A stretch of 64,000 bases of DNA from Octopus vulgaris (Eukaryota), in assembly GCA_951406725.2 (NCBI GenBank), contig OX597837.1, positions 21,328,001 to 21,392,000 on the forward strand. Direction: 5' to 3'. Under the pieces are notes generated by a model. That model did no database searches. It saw only the letters and a program-made list of their open reading frames with translations, and was not told where the DNA came from. Both the position numbers and the translations under genes were made by a program. Of this stretch, positions 26,177-37,880 are shown piece after piece; the stretch's first letter is position 1; every line of letters starts with the position of its first letter.

Positions 26177-26383
26177 CCCTTTCGTTACTGTATTTATTTT
26201 GAGATGCTCTGTGTTTCTTTCAATTAATTTTAAATATAACAAAGAATTTAGTAAAATAACTTTGTTATCATTCAGCTAGTGTTAGGAACATAGATTGTAA
26301 GGTTCGGTGGAAGATTTTAATTCAAAATTTATGAAAACAAGACTTTTGTACTCAGAGCCAGAGCTGGGTTGGTAACGAAAGGG
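26177..26383. mobile_element. piggyBac-type MITE family 2, clean copy
   Basis: TTAA-CCCTTTCGTTAC ... GTAACGAAAGGG-TTAA: perfect 12-bp TIR and TTAA duplication. Confidence 0.9.
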
Positions 26384-27540
26384 TTAAGACGCTGCCACAT
26401 AATTGTTTGACCTGCTGGGAATGAAACAATTAAAATATAATGCTCCCCCATCCACATACACACAAAAATTACACCCTGTTATCTTAAAAATTGGGGATAC
26501 ATTATATAATGTGAACCTAGATACACTATGTAAAAACAAACAAACAATAATTACAGCTGGAATTGCCTTTTGATCAGAGGTGTGCTTGATTGGAGCTGGC
26601 CTGGGGTTAAATGACAACAGTTAGTCTAAGTGTTTTTAGCTAAATCGTTGTGTCTGACAACATGAAGTGGATAAAATTTATGATGATGATGATCACCATC
26701 ACCACTACCATGCTTATCTTCATCATCATAATCTTCACTTCCCACCATCAGCCTTATCATTATCATTTTCACCACCACCATCACCACACCACCACTGCTG
26801 CTGCTGCCACCACCACCACCATCATCGTTGTTGAACTATTTTGTTGAGCTCTAATTACAGAATTAAGGGATCATTTGGCAATAACCCTACAGTAAATCCA
26901 ATATGCAAAATAAGATCTGATTTTTTTCTACTGCTTATCCTAGAGTATTTATGAACCCTTAATTTATCAATCCTAATATTGTTGAAAGATCTGATCTCTT
27001 AAAACAGGATTCATACATAGAAATGACTACCAAACACATCATTATTATTGTACCTAGATAAATATTTCATCTCTTTGTTGCTTTCTTTGATGACCATGAT
27101 GGATGGATGAATGGGGTGAATTATAAAATTTGCATATTGAATGCATCACGCAAACTGCATCTTCTTACCTTATTGTAAAATACTTATATCCTTCCTTAGT
27201 TTATACTCAGTATGAAACAGCCCAATTTAAGAATTTAAGTTCAGTTTTAATTTAGGGCATTTTTTATAATTTTTTACAAACACAAACTAGTGAACCAGTC
27301 TTGTTCCAATCATTGAGAACAAAAAGCATTATTTCCCCTTGTATAACTTATTTTCTATGGAATTATGATTGATAAAAATTAATGTTGCAGTGAGCAATGT
27401 TACAACAATATGCTGAATGTGTCTGGTTTGCCTCATTTGCTTGGTTATAATTAACCAGACAAGTTCACATTGTTGACATTATATATAATTTCATGATGTT
27501 TTGATGTTATATATTCTATTAAATATATCTTTGTGCTTAT

Positions 27541-27628
27541 ATCACTTTGAAGTCATCAGTCTCACTTTGAAGTAGTAAATCTCATTTTGAAATCATAAAT
27601 CTCACTTTGAAGTGGTATGCACTCACTT
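27541..27628. repeat. 20-bp minisatellite, about 4.5 copies
   Basis: TCACTTTGAAGT core recurring every 20 bp. Confidence 0.8.
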
Positions 27629-28231
27629 AGACTGACTAATACTGTCTAGATGGAGGTCTTAAATGCATACCCATAAGACACGCTACTACACACTAAATGA
27701 TAATAAAGATTGTGTTATAATAATACTGCCTTATGTTCATGCTTAACTATTCCAAGATTGTTATTTTTGGTTGCTGGGTTTTGTGAATTTTAAAAATGTG
27801 CATATATTGTATTTTTATTTTGGGTTACATCTAAATAGGTTATATGACATCAAGATTACCATAGTAAAATGGTTGCTAGTAGTTTTTTCTTTTTTTTTTT
27901 TTTTAAATCATGGTACCAATATAGTACCTTTTTGAAAGTGATGTCTTCTGGCATCATATGGTACATTTTGGAGAATAGATTACTCAGAGACACTGTCCAC
28001 ATGTTAGAGATAACATATTCAATGCAGTGAGCATTAAATGTTCATTGGAAATGATTATGTGGTGAGGAAAAGACAATGCTAGTCAATGGCTAGGACTGTT
28101 TTAGTTATTCCTGCATATAAAGGAGATAACTGAAGTATATTTTCTGTCTTATGAGATTTCCTCAATGAAGCAGAGATTTCATCACATGCTGAAGTAGTGA
28201 TGAGTGAATCTTTAAGAGAAAGTACGATAAG

Positions 28232-28672
28232 TGCAGGCATAGCTGTGTAGCAAGAAGCTTGCTTACTTTCCAACCATATGCTTCATGGTTCAGTCCTGCT
28301 GCATGGCACCTGGGCAAGGGTCTTCTACTATAGCCTCAGGCCAGCCAAAGCCTTGTGAGTTGATTTGATAGAGTGGGTAAGGTATATGTAGTGAAGGCGC
28401 ATGGCTTAGTGGTTAGGGTGTTGCACTCACAATTGCCAGACCATGGGTTCAATTCCCAGGCCAGACATTGCGTTGTGTTCTTGAGCAAAGCAATTTCATG
28501 TTGCTTTGCATTCATTTCAACATTTGACATGTGGCACCCAGTTGCACCTGTACAGGTAATGTCGATTTGATGGAGTGAGCTTATGTCTACACAAACATTT
28601 GATCACTTTAAACAAATCATCTGTGTGGATGTACGATAAAAAATTGTCGAATCCTCATATGTTGTTTAACAA
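28232..28672 (+). mobile_element. SINE family A 5' part followed by a family E-type SINE (from ~28393)
   Basis: Two tRNA-like heads in tandem; the second has TGGCTTAGTGG / GGTTCAATTCCC boxes. Confidence 0.75.
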
Positions 28673-28687
28673 TGGGAGAGGTTTATT

Positions 28688-28724
28688 ATATGTATGTATG
28701 TATATATATATATGTATATATATG

Positions 28725-28779
<55 letters not shown>

Positions 28780-29113
28780 ATATGTATATATATTTATATA
28801 TATATGTATTTTTATATATATACACACATATATATATGTATGTATATATGTATATATATTTATATATATATGTATTTTTATATATATACACACATATATA
28901 TATGTATGTATATATGTATATATATTTATATATATATGTATTTTTATATATATACACACATATATATATATATGTATGTATATATATTTATATATATATG
29001 TATTTTTATATATATACACACATATATATATATATGTATGTATATATATATATATTTATATATATATGTATTTTTATATATATACACATATATATATATA
29101 TATTTATATATAT
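28688..29113. repeat. AT microsatellite with ~66-bp higher-order unit
   Basis: GTATTTTT marker at 28806, 28872, 28938, 29000 and 29068; it resumes at 29476 and 29520. Confidence 0.9.
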
Positions 29114-29214
29114 AATCAATATAGGGTGGCAAGGAAAATTTTGTAGAATTTTTTTGCCACCAGCGGCCCAGTGGGAAAAAATTAAATAGTCATAGACCAT
29201 TTTTAAGTTCAACA

Positions 29215-29460
29215 TTAACAATTAAGGAACGGCCATAATAGGCCATTCACCCACTAGAAATAACAGCCAAAGCTTCTACCGCAAATAAAGATCAATTCCG
29301 TAAACAGGAGAAAATTAAAAAAACATTTACCCTAAATGTACCCAGGGTAAATGTTTTTTTAATTTTCTCCTGTTTACGGAATTGATCTTTATTTGCGGTA
29401 GAAGCTTTGGCTGTTATTCTAGTGGGTGAATGGCCTATTATGGCCGTTCCTAATTGTTAA
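29215..29460. repeat. near-perfect palindrome (~118-bp arms, 10-nt spacer)
   Basis: 29215-29333 is the reverse complement of 29344-29460 except for two 1-nt homopolymer indels; spacer AAATGTACCC. Confidence 0.95.
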
Positions 29461-29577
29461 TATTTATATATATATGTATTTTTATATATATACACATATA
29501 TATATATATATATATATATGTATTTTTATATATATACACACATATATATATACACATATATACATATATATATACAC

Positions 29578-29648
<71 letters not shown>

Positions 29649-30092
29649 ATCGTCATCGTTTAACGTCCATTTTCCATGCTGTATGTATATATATACTTAT
29701 GTGTATATATATATGTATACATATATATATATATATATATGTAATAACCTTTGTGGTTCGGCAAAAAGAGACTGATAGAATAAGTACCAGGCTTTAAAAA
29801 AAAATGTTCTGTGATCGACTGATTCGAATAAAATTCCTTCAAGTTGGTACCCCAGCATAGGCACAGTCTAATGACTGAAACAAATTAAAGATGAAAGATA
29901 AATATTACACACTCGTAGGTGTAGAAAATGAGAATATTTTAGAGAATAAATTACTCAAGAGAATTATATAGGCTTGATTAACTCAAAGACTAGTCTACAC
30001 AAGATACTATCAATTATCAGCATAAGAAGCCAGAATTCTCTTATACTAACTCTTTATATAGTTGTTTCATTTTGGCATATTTTTTGTATCAA

Positions 30093-30702
30093 TTCCTTTG
30101 TAACCATATTTTTGTTGAAATACACTCAACCGTTTTTTCCCCCCTCCTTCAATTAATTGTGAAAATAATCAAGAATATAGGCGCAGGCATGGCTGTGTGG
30201 TTAGATGTTTGCTTCCCAACCACATAGTGCTGGGTTCGGTTCCACTGCGTGGCACCTAAGACAAGTATTTTCTACTATATCTTTGAACTGACTGAAGCCT
30301 TGTGAGTGGATTTGGTAGACAGAAACTGAAAGAAGCCCATTGTGTGTGTGTGTGTGTGTGTGTATGTTTTTCCCCCGCTGCTACTTGACAACCAGTGTTG
30401 GTTTGTTTACATCCCTGTAACTTAGAGGTTCGGCAATAGAGATTGATTAAATTAGGATAAAGGACCAGGGTAATTTCATTTAACTGGAGGTTTTTCAAGG
30501 CAGTGCTTCAGTATGGCCGCAGTCTAATGACTGAAACAAGTAAAAGATAAAGGAATTTAGAAGTGATTTGAAGCTGATATTGGGTAATATCGCTAAAGAA
30601 GGTTCTTATATAAAATTATTTCAGTTGAAATATGAATGCTTCATAACAAATGTATTTTGTATCACAAGACTGGTTTGTGGCAAGGCGGTAGCAACGAAAG
30701 GG
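30093..30702. mobile_element. MITE family 2 copy split by a full-length SINE A (30179-30550)
   Basis: CCTTTGTAACC start and GCAACGAAAGGG-TTAA end, with a complete SINE A in between. Confidence 0.75.
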
Positions 30703-31146
30703 TTAAATTATAATCTAGCAGTTGGCATGGGAATTTTGAACTCTTTAATGAAATGCCTTTCAAGTTTTCATTTTCCTATTGTGGGAGTGGAATGAACCTG
30801 AACTAAAGGAGCAGCTAAAGGAGGAGGAGGAGGAGGATTGTTTGTACAATAAGTAAAGAAACAACTAAATTGCTATGCAGTGAACAGAGTGGGAATTTTC
30901 CTGGGAGCAGCATTTACACTGATTTATATTTCAGTGTGTTGTCAGTGAAGGCTTTCAGTGAATTGAGATGACAATCTAGTTTTAATTCCCATTTGTAACT
31001 AATTATCTGATTTCGTTTACATTACCCATGTCCCTGGGGAAAGGCATGAATGTCACAGCCCTCAAACCATTCTCGCAGAAAATTGTTCAGTCTGATCATT
31101 GTTTCATTCCTTAGCTGCTTTTAGTATGAATTACTTAAAATGCTGG

Positions 31147-31335
31147 ATTCAAATTTTGTCACAAGGCCAGCAATTTTGAGGGAGGGGTAAGTCTATGACA
31201 CTGACCCCAGTGCTCAAATGGTACTTATTTTATTGACCCTGAAGGTTAAAAGCAAATTTGACCATGACAGAATTTGAATTCAGAACGTGAAGATGAATAA
31301 AATATTGCCAGGCACGCTAATGATTCTGCCAGCTT
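31147..31335 (-). mobile_element. SINE family B
   Basis: Reverse-complement match to family B. Confidence 0.8.
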
Positions 31336-31361
31336 GATTGAAATTTATTTATTGCAGCAAG

Positions 31362-31713
31362 AAAGATGTGTGGGTGTGGTAAGAAGTTTACTTCTCAACC
31401 ACCCGATACTGGGTTCAGTGTCACTAAGTGGTACCTTGGGCAAATGTCTTCTACTACAACCCTGGGCCAACCAAATCCTTGTGAGTGGATTTGGTTGATG
31501 TAAACTCAAAGAAGCCTGTTGTGTGTATGTTTGTGTTTTAGTCTGTCCCATACCACTGCTTGATAACCAGTATTGGTGTGTTACACCTCATAACTTAACA
31601 GTTTGGCAAAAGAGGCTGATAAAATTAGTACCGTAGTCGATCTATTCAGCTAAGAAAATTCTTCAGGACAGTATCCCAACATAATCGGAGTCTAATGACT
31701 GAAAGAATTAAAA
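31362..31713 (+). mobile_element. SINE family A
   Basis: Head, body and tail match 14583-14979. Confidence 0.85.
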
Positions 31714-31999
31714 GAGTTACATATTGTGGGGCAATAAGATTCTGATAATCAGAACTACTAATTATCTTTGGTGATCATTTTCTTCCAAATTTGTAACCAC
31801 CCCAAAAGTACAGTAACTGCTGTTTAATTTCTAAACAGAAATTCTATATTCTTATATTATTATAGAGATGTACTCGCATAGCAAGTAATTTGATCTGAGA
31901 TCGTGTGCTGAAACGAAAACAATTGCAGCGTGGAAGGTGTTTGTAAGTATTTAAGAAACACACAAAAGCCGTTCGATTCACTTCAACATTTAAGTTTAA

Positions 32000-32049
32000 T
32001 TTGTCAAAATATTTTCGTCGCTAAAATCCGCGACCTGTTCATTGACAAA
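32000..32049 (-). ncRNA. minimal type-I hammerhead-like fold, mutated copy (A3.C8 mismatch)
   Basis: Minus strand reads TTTGTCA-ATGAACA-G-GTCGC-GGATTTTA-GCGAC-GAAA-ATAT-TT-TGACAAA. Confidence 0.5.
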
Positions 32050-32064
32050 GATACAGCACGGATT

Positions 32065-32115
32065 TTTGTCAGTGAACAGGTCGCGGTCTTAAAGCGACGA
32101 AAATATTTTGACAAA
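32065..32115 (+). ncRNA. minimal type-I hammerhead ribozyme candidate with G3:C8 core variant
   Basis: TTTGTCA (stem I) - GTGAACA (core) - G - GTCGC/GCGAC (stem II) - GAAA - ATAT (palindromic loop III) - TT - TGACAAA (stem I'). Confidence 0.65.
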
Positions 32116-33235
32116 TTAAACTTAAATGTTGAAGTGAATCGAACGGCTTTTGTGTGTTTCTTAAATGGCTTATAGATACCTTCCACGCTGCAATTGTTAT
32201 ATTATTATAGTTAACATTTTAATGTTTTCTTGTCAAATTTCCTCCTCCCACTCCCCACTCAATCCCTTCCACCCCAAAGCACCCCCAATTTCATGACATA
32301 TTCCATGCTTTGCTCTAATTAATATTAATAAATCCTTTGTAATTTCATACCCCTTGTCATTGTAGTGGTTCACAATGGAGCTGATACATTACTACTTTTG
32401 GACTTACATCCTGCCTGAAAAAAAAAATCTAGTTTGCTAATTTAGTGAGTTAATCGCTTTCTCTTTACAAATACCTGAAGCTCTGAAGTTACCTTCTCTT
32501 TCTTTTCTCATCATCTATATTTTTTTCTTCCCTTCCAGTTTCTTTCTCTTTTTCTCTTTCTATCCATCTTCCAGTCCATTCACCTGATTTGCACAGATGG
32601 TCTCATCACTGGATTTTCTCTTGACAAGCTTTCTTTTAATTATTTCCATTATTTTATTTTCCCATTTATTTTACTTCTATATAAACTCTGTAGTTTTCAA
32701 ATGTTTGTCGTCACTCTATTTTTAGTACACAATTTTCTCCAGTGGCATCTTGATTCGTTTCCCTGTTTTGAAGACCTGTTGTTTGTTAGTAGATGTAGTT
32801 TTTTTTAAATCTTTTTGTATGCAGAGACTTCAAGATAAATGAAGCAGGTTGGGTTGGGTTGGGTTGGGTGAGAGAGAACTAAATTTGTGACGAAAATGAC
32901 TTTTTCTTTTGAAGTGTTTTCCAGAGTACCATGTAATGTAGAAAACTGTTAATGAAAGTCTCTGTTATTGAACGACTCATCATCAGTCGGTCATTTGTCC
33001 TTTTAGTTGATTCGAGAGGAGGAGGAGGAAGTGGTGGTAATGTGTGTATGTATGATGAAAGAAGATGTGTGGTTTTAGTTTTGAAACTGTGTTTGTAGTA
33101 GTAATAGTAGTAGTGTGTACTTTTGTGGGAATTGCCTTCAGTGAGGTATTATTGCTACTGGTACGGAAAGAAAGGTTGGGGACAAAAAATTTAGTTGGCA
33201 CTTTAATTGTATCACAGATCTTCATATTATTTTAA

Positions 33236-33794
33236 CCTTTCAGCATTTAAGCTGGCCATATCTGTCCAAAATATTTTACCTGTTTTGTGTTTAAACTGGT
33301 TAGATCTGGTTTCTCACGCCAACCCTATATCATTCTGAAAAATTAACAGTTACCTCATCAAAATGTCAAAGTTACAAGATAACGCATGATTAATTCAAAA
33401 CAATCTGCATGACAGGTGAAGGTGCATGGCTCAGTGGTTAGAGCATTGGACTCACAAGCGTGAGCTTGTGAGTTCAGTTCTTGGACTGGGTTGTGTTCTT
33501 GAATAAGACACTTTATTTCACATTGCTTCCAGTTCACTCAGCTGTAGAAATGAATTGTCATGTTACTGGTGCCAAGCTGTATCTGCCTTTGCCTTTCCCC
33601 TGGATAACATCAGTGGTGTGGAAAGGGGAGGCTGGTATTCATGGGTAAACTGCTGGTCTTCATAAACAATCTTGCTTGGACTTGTGCCTCAGAGGGTAAT
33701 TGCCTAGGTTCAATCTCATGGTCACTCATGACCAAAGGGGGTCTTTTACCCATTTTTTTTATCCTTTTGACAGAATAATGTGAATGCTGAAGGG
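33236..33794 (+). mobile_element. MITE family 1 copy split by a CORE-like SINE (~33418-33752)
   Basis: TTAA-CCTTTCAGCAT ... ATGCTGAAGGG-TTAA; the internal SINE has a TGGCTCAGTGGTTAGAGC tRNA-like head. Confidence 0.8.
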
Positions 33795-34514
33795 TTAAAT
33801 GCTGAACAACAGAGTTAACAGATCAAACACTTTACGAGTGCAATTATAATGTTTGTGTAGAATTACTTTCTGTTATATAAAAATACTAAAGTGTCGAGCT
33901 GGCAGAATCGTAAGCACTCTGGCAAAATGCTTAGTGGCATTTCATTCGTATTTAGGTTCTGTGTTGAGATGCCACCAGGGGTCGATAAAATGAGTACCAG
34001 TCAAGAATTGAGGTCAATGTTATCAACTTACTCCTTTGGCCTTCTGCCAAAATTTGAAATCATGAGTTTAGTTGTATATGTATGTATGCGTGTTGTGTGT
34101 GTCCTTCACTAATGCTTGACAACCGATGTTGGTTTGTTTACATCCCTGTAACTTAGTGATCCAGTGTAAGAGACTGATAGAGTAAGTACCAGGCTTTTAA
34201 AACTTTAGCATTTAATCTGACCAAAATATTCTTCCTGTTTTATGATCAAACTGGCCAGATCTGGTCAGTTTGAACATATAAGTTAGCTTGCAGAATTGTT
34301 ACAACACTGGACAAAATGCTTAGCAGCATTTCTTTTGGCTTTATGTCCTCTGAGTTCAAATGCTGCCAAAGTCAACTTTGCCACTCATCCTTTTGGGGCC
34401 AATAAAATAAATACCAATTGAGCAGTATTGGAGTTTAGGTTTTGTGCTTATAGTAGAAACAATTATATAATTGGACTGAAATGCATTTATACACCTATAT
34501 ATGTACTGTTTATC

Positions 34515-35097
34515 TTCTATCTTTTACCTGTTTTCAGTCATTGGACTGCAGCCATTCTGGGGTACTGACTTACAGGGTTTTTATTCAGACAGATCTATCC
34601 CAGTACTTATTTTAACCCTTTACCATTCAGATTACTCTGTCAAATGTAATGTTTATTTATTCAAATTGTTTTGAATTAATCATGTAGATATAAGATTTCA
34701 ATGAAGTGAGTGTTTACTTTTTAGAATGACATTGTATGATAGGTGTAAAAGACCAGATCTGGTCAGCTTGAACAGAAAACAGAGAGAATATTTTGGCCAG
34801 ATTAAATGCTAGTTTTTAAATCCCAGTACTTATTCTACCAGTCTCTTACGCTGAATCATTAAGTTACTAGGACATAAACAAACCAATATCGGTTGTCAGG
34901 TGGCAATGGGGACAAACACACATACATATACAACCACCCTCTTTCTGTTTTTGTCTACCAAATCTACTCATGGGCCTTTGATGAGCTTGGCACTATAATA
35001 GAATACACTTGCCCAAGCTACCATGCAGTGGTTTTGAAACTGGAACCATATGGTTGGGAAACAAACTTCTTACCACCCACCCACCTACACTTGTGCC
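34515..35097 (-). mobile_element. SINE family A split by a MITE family 1 copy (~34616-34815)
   Basis: SINE A tail and head lie on either side of a TTAACCCTTTA-initiated MITE; CCCAGTACTTAT appears on both sides. Confidence 0.75.
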
Positions 35098-36084
35098 CAT
35101 TGTCAATTTATCTTATAAATCTCACTTCCTTTCTCTTTCTCACTGTCTAGAAAAAAAAAAATTAAATATTAAATTAGAGCAGTTAATTTTAGTTAATTAA
35201 CTTGCCATTTTTCAAGTTATATATCATACTTAAAATGCATTTATTTCTATTTTATTGTATTTCAGTTGCAACACATATCTATCTGTTTTATGTCTCCACA
35301 GAAAAGCTGGTCAACACAAATATATTTTTGTCTAATTTCCTAGCCATCTGTTTGCAATACTTTATAAGGATTCTGTAACTGTTATTAAATTAGATGTACA
35401 GCTTCTCATATTTGGAGTTTAATTGTGCCTTTTTAGTAGTAGAGATCTTAGTTAACAATTAGATAAATTATCAAGTGCTTGCAGGGATTTTGAAAACTGA
35501 CAAAGAAAAGTGTTTATTTTTGGAATATGGAAACTATACTCTTGAACTCTTTATATTTATAACAAAGAAATGAAAATGATTTCAAATCATCAGACTCTGT
35601 GTGTATGTGTGTACGTATTTGTGTATGCCCACATATATACACAGTTGATTTGTATTTTACACATGAACAGACGTGTGTATCTATCTATCTGCCTTAAGTT
35701 TGTTTTTATGTTCAGATGTAATAAAAACAATTTTACATTATCTGATAGACTACCCTACACTCTTGTAGAGTACAAATTTATTATTCATATGCAAAAATGT
35801 TGTTGACAGTAACTTTGAAGTTTCAGCCAGCTGGCTGAAAAATCAAAGTTTTTGCCAACACATACACACAAGATTATAAATTAAAAATAGCTCCAGCAAA
35901 TAATAGCAAATATTATCCACCATAGATACATAGTGCATGTGTTTTGCTTAAATGCCCATTTACTGCAGGGTGACGTCCAGGGAAAATTCCCTACATGGTG
36001 CATGTAACAAGCTTTCCTTTGATGCTATCCTGCACCTAATGGGCATATCAACAAAATGCATACACTATACATGTGCAACCAATA

Positions 36085-36122
<38 letters not shown>

Positions 36123-36459
36123 AAATCGATAAATACAGTGAACTACCAATAGGGAGAGGAAAGACACAGCCTTCCACCTACAAGTTCTTGTACTCATATC
36201 AATTTTACTAAATAATACAAGCTTTGCCGATGCAGACCAACCCCAGTCTCTTTGGTGTCTGTTAAGTCATATAAATTAGTACCATCATCATTTAATGTCC
36301 ATTTTCCACGCTGGCATGGGTTGGACAGCTTGATAAGAGCTGGCAAAGCCAGGGCCTGCACCAGGTTCCGTAGCCTGTTTTTTGGCTTGGTTTCTACTGC
36401 TGCATGCTTTTCTAACATGAACCACTTTACAGAGTGTACTTGGGTGCTTTTTAGGTGGC

Positions 36460-37037
36460 ATGGTGAGCTGATCAGAATCATTAACATGTTGCACCAAATG
36501 CTTAGCGGCATTCCTTCCCGCTCTTTGTGGTCTGAGTTCAAATTACACCAAGGTTGATGTCTCTTCATCCTTTCAGGGGTCAATAAAATAAGTTCTTGTT
36601 GAGCACTGAAGTCAATGTAATCAAGTAGCCTTTCCCCCTGAAATATTTCAGGCATTGTGCCTATCGTTGAAAAGATTGTCATTGTTATTATTTCATCTGA
36701 AGGCAGCGAGCTGGCAGAAACATTAGCATGCTGGGTGAAATGCTGAGTGGTATTTCGTCTGTCTTTATGTTCTGAGTTCAAATTCCGTTGAGGTCGACTT
36801 TGTTTTTCATCCTTTTGGGGTCTATAAATTAAGTACCAGCTGCGTACTGGGGTCGATCCAATCAACTGGCCCTGTCCCCCAAAATTTTGGGCCTTGTACC
36901 TAGAGTAGAAAAAATTATAATTACTTCATCTGTCTTTATGTTCTGAGTTCAAATTCTGCAGACGTCGACTTTGCCTTTCATCCTTTCAGGGTCTGTAAAA
37001 TAAGTACCAGCTGAAATTGTCTTGTGTCAAAATTTGA

Positions 37038-37079
<42 letters not shown>

Positions 37080-37880
37080 TACTATTATTATTATTATTAT
37101 GTGGAGGTTGATAAAAATAAATTCCAGTCGAGCACTGGAGTTGATATAATTGACTAATACCCTCCTCCTAAAATTGCTGGCCTTGTGCCAAAATTATTAT
37201 TCTTATTATAAATAAAGCGAGTATCTGGCAGAATCATGAACATGCTGGACCAAAGGCGTAGCAGCATTTTGTATGTTTGAAGTTGACTTTTACATTTTTT
37301 GTGCATTCAGGGTCAGGGAAATAAGTACTAGACAAACATCAGGGTCCGTGTAATCGATTTCCCTTTCCCTTTAAAAACTGCTGGCCCTGTGCCAAAATTT
37401 GTACGTTCTGAGTGCTAATCCCGCTGAGGATGACTTTGCCTTTCATCCTTTCGGGGTTGATAAATTATGTACCAGTGAAACACTGGGGTTGATGTAATCA
37501 ACCAGTCCCCATCCTCCCAGATTTGAGGCCTTGTGCCTCCAGTAGAAAAGATTATTATTACTATGTGGATCAAAAGGCAGTGAGCAAAGTGCCTTGTAGT
37601 ATTTGATCTGGGTTGATTAATGCTTTGTGTTCAAATTCCATCAAGATCTCGGATGAGTAGTATTGACAGAACCCGTCCCCTCAAAGGTGCCGGCTTTGTG
37701 CCTAAATCAGAACGCTAGTTTGTCATATCCCTTATGTTTCTGAGTTTAAATCTTTTGTTGAGTGACTTTGGTTTTTGTTCATGTGGTGGGGTTGATAGTA
37801 TCAATACTAGTCACTTATTGACAACACCCTCTCCTACACCAAAAGAAATTTGTGACTTTGTGCTTCTATTAGACATTATC
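36460..37880 (+). mobile_element. head-to-tail cluster of roughly eight SINE family B copies and fragments
   Basis: Repeated family B bodies and CCTTGTGCC tails separated by ATT/AAT-rich tracts, all in the same orientation. Confidence 0.85.

Larger units (their letters stand above)
31866..32196. mobile_element. fold-back insertion resembling an inverted Penelope-like pseudo-LTR pair
   Basis: Arms 31918-32052 and 32062-32198 are inverted; the left arm is ~50 bp longer; TTATATTATTATAG direct repeat at 31852-31865 and 32197-32210; hammerhead folds at the inner ends. Confidence 0.7.

Noticed and set aside
32825-32847. Candidate 23-nt micro-exon (GCAG|AGACTTC...GCAG|GTTGGG)
   Set aside because: The donor is weak and lies in a (GGGTT)n run; insufficient evidence
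36194-36865. Longest ORF in the track (223 aa, minus strand)
   Set aside because: Lies entirely across SINE B and SINE C copies in antisense; no protein motif
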